This document shows, piece by piece, positions 60,271 through 64,000 of a stretch of 64,000 nt of DNA. The translations under genes and the position numbers were made by a program. The stretch's first letter is position 1. Every line of letters begins with the position of its first letter. This stretch comes from Nannocystales bacterium (GTDB lineage: Bacteria; Myxococcota_A; Polyangia; Nannocystales; Nannocystaceae). The stretch spans positions 66,522-130,521 of the forward strand of contig JBBQJI010000013.1 in NCBI GenBank assembly GCA_038325765.1. The letters run 5' to 3'. Below the pieces are notes generated by a model. It saw only the letters and a list, made by a program, of their open reading frames with translations, had not been told where the DNA came from and searched no databases.

Positions 60271-60398
60271 TTATCATCGAATCCAATGGCTTGACGTCAC
60301 AACCAGCACGCTGGCGGACACCGAAGCGCCGGCGACGGCCGCGCGACGGCGCCACCTTGCGCCGCCGGCCCATCGGGGTACCTTCGCCCCCCACCACG

Positions 60399-62210
60399 AT
60401 GCTCAACTTCTTTCGTCGCAGCGCGTCGAGCGTGTTCGCGTGGATCATCCTGGGCGTACTCGCGCTCGTGTTCGGCCTCTCCTTCGGACCGGCGAGCGAC
60501 AACCTGTCGTTCGGCACGGGATCGTACGTCAAGGTCCACGGCGAGGGCCTCGGCGACGAGCAGTACCGCTTTCAGGCCAGCCTCATCGATCGCATCGTGC
60601 AGATCCCCAAGGATGCGCGCTACCAGCAGATGATGGGTCTCAAAGAAGAGATCCTCGAGTCGGCGGTGGAGCGCGAGGTCCTCTACGACGCGGGCCGATC
60701 CCTCGGACTCTCGGCGACCGAGGCCGACGCGGAGGAGCTGGTGCTCGCCGGCCAGTTCATCATCTTTGGCGAGACCTTGGATTGGCTCGGAAACCTCGCC
60801 TTCAACTACGACATCTTCACCAAGTCGTTCCTCGCCGGCCTGCAGATCTCGGAGCCCAACTACCTCGACATCCAGCGCCGCGAGCTCCTTGCCCGCACCG
60901 TCCGCGATCTCGTCGCAGCGAGCGTGGTGATCTCCGAGGGCGAGCTGCGGGCGGCGTATGAAGAGGATGCGAACCGGCTCTCGCTGCGCTACGCGCGGTA
61001 CGATGCGCTGGCCTTCGGCGATCTGGTCGACCCCACGCCCGTCGAGGTCACCGCGTGGCGCGAGGGCCACCTCGTTGCGCTGAAGCAGCAGTACGTCAGC
61101 CAGGGCAGCCGCTTCGCGAAGCTTCCCAAGCAGGCGCGCACTCGGATCATCGAGGTGCGCAAGCCCGAGCCCGCGGCCCCCGAGCCCGCGGCCCCCGAGG
61201 ACGCAGACTCCGAGGACGCAGACTCCGAGGACGCAGTCGAAGGCGCCAAGGCGGTCGCCGCACCCGATCTCGCCCGCGCCAACGCGACCATCGGCGGCGC
61301 TCGCTCGCGCATCATCGCCGGCGAGGACTTCCGCGCGCTCGCCCGCGAGGTCTCGCACCATGACAGCGGCATCCGCGGTGGCGAGCTCGGCTGGGTCCCC
61401 GAAGGCACCGGGACCGGCATCGATCCAGCCATCGATGCCCAGCTCGCGACGCTCGAGATCGGTGCCGTCTCGGAGATCATCGAGGGCGACAAGGCGCTGT
61501 ACCTCGTGCTCGTCACGGCGCGGCGAGAGGGCGACATCGACGAGGTGGCCGCACTGCCCGAGCTCGCCGAAGAAGCCGTGCGCCGCAACAAGGGCCGCGT
61601 GCTCGCCCGCGCCGCCGCCGAAGAGGACCTCGCCGCGGTCGCTGCGGGCGCCGCGTTGACGGAGGTGTTCGCCGGCGGCAGCGCGCTCGGTGGCGGCGGC
61701 GGCGGGATCGAGCAGGCGGGCAGCGATGCCCGGCGCAAGGTCCAGCTCGAGGAGACGGGCTCCTTCGCGAAGGGTGCCGCGCCGCCGGGCCTGGGCCAGG
61801 CGCCCGAGGTCCTCGCGGCCGCGTGGCCGGCGACCCCCGACCAGGGCCTGCTCGATCAGGTCTTCGAGATCGGCGACGACGTCGTGCTCGTCGGCCTCGT
61901 CGACAAGTCCGAGGCCAGCGACGTCGGCTTCGCCGAGGTCCGCGCAGATCTGTACCGCGCGATGCTAGAGCGCAAGGGATCGTTGGTGACGTCGCGGTGG
62001 GCGAACCGGCGCTGCGTCGAGGCCAAGGGCCGCGGCGAGATCACCAGCAACGACCGTCGCGTCTCGGCGCTCATGACCTACGACACCAAGGCCGAGGGCA
62101 CCGAAGGCGCCAATCCGCTGCTCGCACCCTACGAGGTCTGCGATCGCGTGGGCAACGGCGGCGGCATGTTGCGGAGGGGATTCGGCGGCGGGCCCGGCGG
62201 CGGCGGTTGA
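60399..62210 (+). CDS. PpiD/SurA-like periplasmic chaperone with parvulin PPIase domain
   Basis: ATG at 60399 (MLNFFRRSASSVFAWIILGVLALVFG membrane anchor). The parvulin segment is FRALAREVSHHDSGIRGGELGWV. Confidence 0.8.
   Translation: MLNFFRRSASSVFAWIILGVLALVFGLSFGPASDNLSFGTGSYVKVHGEGLGDEQYRFQASLIDRIVQIPKDARYQQMMGLKEEILESAVEREVLYDAGRSLGLSATEADAEELVLAGQFIIFGETLDWLGNLAFNYDIFTKSFLAGLQISEPNYLDIQRRELLARTVRDLVAASVVISEGELRAAYEEDANRLSLRYARYDALAFGDLVDPTPVEVTAWREGHLVALKQQYVSQGSRFAKLPKQARTRIIEVRKPEPAAPEPAAPEDADSEDADSEDAVEGAKAVAAPDLARANATIGGARSRIIAGEDFRALAREVSHHDSGIRGGELGWVPEGTGTGIDPAIDAQLATLEIGAVSEIIEGDKALYLVLVTARREGDIDEVAALPELAEEAVRRNKGRVLARAAAEEDLAAVAAGAALTEVFAGGSALGGGGGGIEQAGSDARRKVQLEETGSFAKGAAPPGLGQAPEVLAAAWPATPDQGLLDQVFEIGDDVVLVGLVDKSEASDVGFAEVRADLYRAMLERKGSLVTSRWANRRCVEAKGRGEITSNDRRVSALMTYDTKAEGTEGANPLLAPYEVCDRVGNGGGMLRRGFGGGPGGGG
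61164..61238. repeat. Two adjacent 15-bp tandem duplications inside the PpiD-like gene
   Basis: cccgagcccgcggcc x2.4, then gacgcagactccgag x2.6. They encode PEPAAPEPAAPE and DADSEDADSEDA. Confidence 0.9.
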
Positions 62211-62213
62211 GCC

Positions 62214-64000
62214 ATGACCGAGCCCGAGGCCCACGGCCCCTCGCTCGGAAACCTCCTCGGGTTCTCGCTCGTGCTCCGCGAGCACCGGGCGTTGCTCGGC
62301 CTGCAACGGCGTACGCTCGCCCCCGGCGTACACCTCGTCGATTTCGAGGCGTCGGTGCCCGGCGTTCGCTTCCCCCTCGAAGGGCCCGTGTCGGCCCGGC
62401 GGTTTCGTCACCGTCGCTGCAGCGTGCAGCGCATGACGCTCGAGATGGAGCACCACGCCCTGCAAGGGTGGCTCGCCGCGCGCCTTTCCGGCCGCGAGTT
62501 CGAGGGGATGCGCATCGACGCGGTCGGCGTCGAGTCGGCGACGCAGACGAACGCCGGCTCGAAGCCAACCGCGTCGCCGTGGATCACGCTCACGGGTCGC
62601 CGGCGCAACGGCGCTTTGGCCTGGTTCGGCTGCGCCCTGGGCCTGCGCGCCGAGGGCCGCGGGCTCGCGGTGTGGCCCACCCACCGCTGGTACTTCGGAC
62701 GCGCAGCGGTCGATGTCGACGCGCTGTGGCGTCAGCTCGCGCGGACGATCGATCCCGGCCGTCGCACCGACGCGATGACGATCGGCGTCGACCCGGTGCA
62801 CGAGGCCCTGCGCGAGCCCTTCGTGCGCGCCGGTTGGAAGATCCCCGCGCTCGAGCAGCTCGCGCTGGTGGAGCTGAGCTTCGACGAACGTCGTACGCGT
62901 GCCCGCTGGCAGGCGGGCACCGCTCCTTGGGGATCGACCGCGGCCACGGTGACCGACGACATCGTCGCCCAGCTCGCGGACCGGGTGCGAACGGCCCTGG
63001 GTCAGGGTGATCGCGAGCGCGCCTGCGACGAGATCGGCGCCCTCGCGAGCGCATCGGCTGGATTCGCGCCGGCCCAGATCGCGGCGCTGCGCTGGGGCCT
63101 GGAGATCGCCGCGAGCGACCGTGTATGGCGGGCGAGCTTCGCCCGCGCACGCCTTCGGCTGCAGCCCACCGAGGCCGCGGCGAGGCGCGCGTTGATCCCC
63201 GCACTATCGGGGCCGGGCGATCGCGACGAGTTGCTCCGGCACCTGCGGCTATGGGCGCAGCTCGCCGAGTCGCCGAGGCAGCGGGCCCGCTGCGACATGG
63301 CGATCGCCGCGGGCCTCGCTGCCGCCGGCCGCTTCGCGGAAGCCCGTGAGGCGGTGCGCGTCGGCCCGGGCGATCCGCTCACCGATGAGATCGCGCTGCT
63401 GTGGCCATCCCTGCTCCTCGACGATCCCACCGCGGCCACAGCCGCGGCGAAGGCGAGCTTCGGCGGGGTACAGACGCGCGGGCGGCTCGGCCTGTTGTGC
63501 GACTTCGCCGACGCGGCGCGGGCTGCCGGCGCCCTCGCCACGGCATGGGATGCGATCGACGCCGCGAGGCCTCACGATCCCGACCCGCGGTGGAGCGCGG
63601 CGGTCCGCGAGTTCGTCGAGGCCGGCGCCGCGGATCCGCAGCGGCTGGAGGCGCTCGCCGCGATCGCCGAGCGCCACGGCGACGCGGCGCTCGCCGAGAT
63701 CGTCGCGGCTGCGCGTGGCACCGATCTCGACCGCGCGGCCGAGTCCGAGCCGAGCGACGTCGACGGCTGGCTCGGCGCCCTCGATCGCGCGTTCGAACGC
63801 GGCGCGCTCGCCCACGCGGTGACGGTCGTGCATCGCATGCTGCAGACGCTGACGATGGGACCGGACGCGGTCGCAGCCACGGCGACCCGCGGCATCGATG
63901 CGGCGCTGGCCTGCGGCGACACTGGCGGAGCGATCGCGCTGCTCGACGCCGCTGCGGCGCGGGCCCCCGATCACGCCGGCGTGCAGCGTGCCCGCGCAGA
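62214..64000 (+). CDS. Large hypothetical protein, Ala/Arg/Leu-rich helical (TPR-like?), 3-prime partial at the window edge
   Basis: Not in the ORF track. I translated from ATG 62214 (MTEPEAHGPSLGNLLG...) and found the frame open to base 64000 with GC3-rich codons. It starts 4 nt after the PpiD-like stop. Confidence 0.6.
   Translation, partial: MTEPEAHGPSLGNLLGFSLVLREHRALLGLQRRTLAPGVHLVDFEASVPGVRFPLEGPVSARRFRHRRCSVQRMTLEMEHHALQGWLAARLSGREFEGMRIDAVGVESATQTNAGSKPTASPWITLTGRRRNGALAWFGCALGLRAEGRGLAVWPTHRWYFGRAAVDVDALWRQLARTIDPGRRTDAMTIGVDPVHEALREPFVRAGWKIPALEQLALVELSFDERRTRARWQAGTAPWGSTAATVTDDIVAQLADRVRTALGQGDRERACDEIGALASASAGFAPAQIAALRWGLEIAASDRVWRASFARARLRLQPTEAAARRALIPALSGPGDRDELLRHLRLWAQLAESPRQRARCDMAIAAGLAAAGRFAEAREAVRVGPGDPLTDEIALLWPSLLLDDPTAATAAAKASFGGVQTRGRLGLLCDFADAARAAGALATAWDAIDAARPHDPDPRWSAAVREFVEAGAADPQRLEALAAIAERHGDAALAEIVAAARGTDLDRAAESEPSDVDGWLGALDRAFERGALAHAVTVVHRMLQTLTMGPDAVAATATRGIDAALACGDTGGAIALLDAAAARAPDHAGVQRARA

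Overview
The window is very GC-rich (roughly 70% by eye, not computed) and densely coding. I call 56 protein-coding genes and recognised no rRNA, tRNA, CRISPR array, transposase or integrase. The lineage is probably Myxococcota, for three reasons: a MYXO-CTERM sorting tail, two AgmX/PglI-type tail-domain lipoproteins, and many Cys-rich lipoproteins alongside a TPR Ser/Thr kinase. Most of the content is core housekeeping. There is a complete elongasome operon (mreB-mreC-mreD-mrdA-rodA). Division genes occur in an atypical order: ftsZ, a terminator, then ftsQ-ftsA. murC-bolA sits about 8 kb away on the opposite strand. The remaining housekeeping genes are aroE, aroC, proB-proA, glyQS, mutY, xseA, ugd, htrA, hpf and yggX. 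Between these lie lineage-specific envelope and secreted proteins: an LRR lipoprotein, three Cys-rich lipoproteins, an Excalibur protein and a MYXO-CTERM protein. There are also two small TetR-controlled modules, one with a P450 and one with a di-iron oxygenase plus a HAD hydrolase. I found no clear new multi-gene system such as a defence island. The most unusual signals are structural. (1) A 17-bp x3 tandem repeat turns one stop/start overlap into a relay of three consecutive ATGA-coupled junctions. (2) An 82-88 bp double-hairpin REP-like element occurs in three tandem copies directly after the proA stop codon, with a shorter inverted copy directly after the glyQS stop codon. (3) In-frame 9-15 bp tandem duplications are unusually frequent inside conserved proteins: the kinase activation loop, the ABC exporter tail, the PBP2 tail and a PpiD linker. 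(4) A perfect dual 14-bp operator lies between the P450 and TetR genes. All family assignments come from reading motifs in the supplied translations, with no database search. Many long ORFs in the track are antisense shadow ORFs and were rejected.
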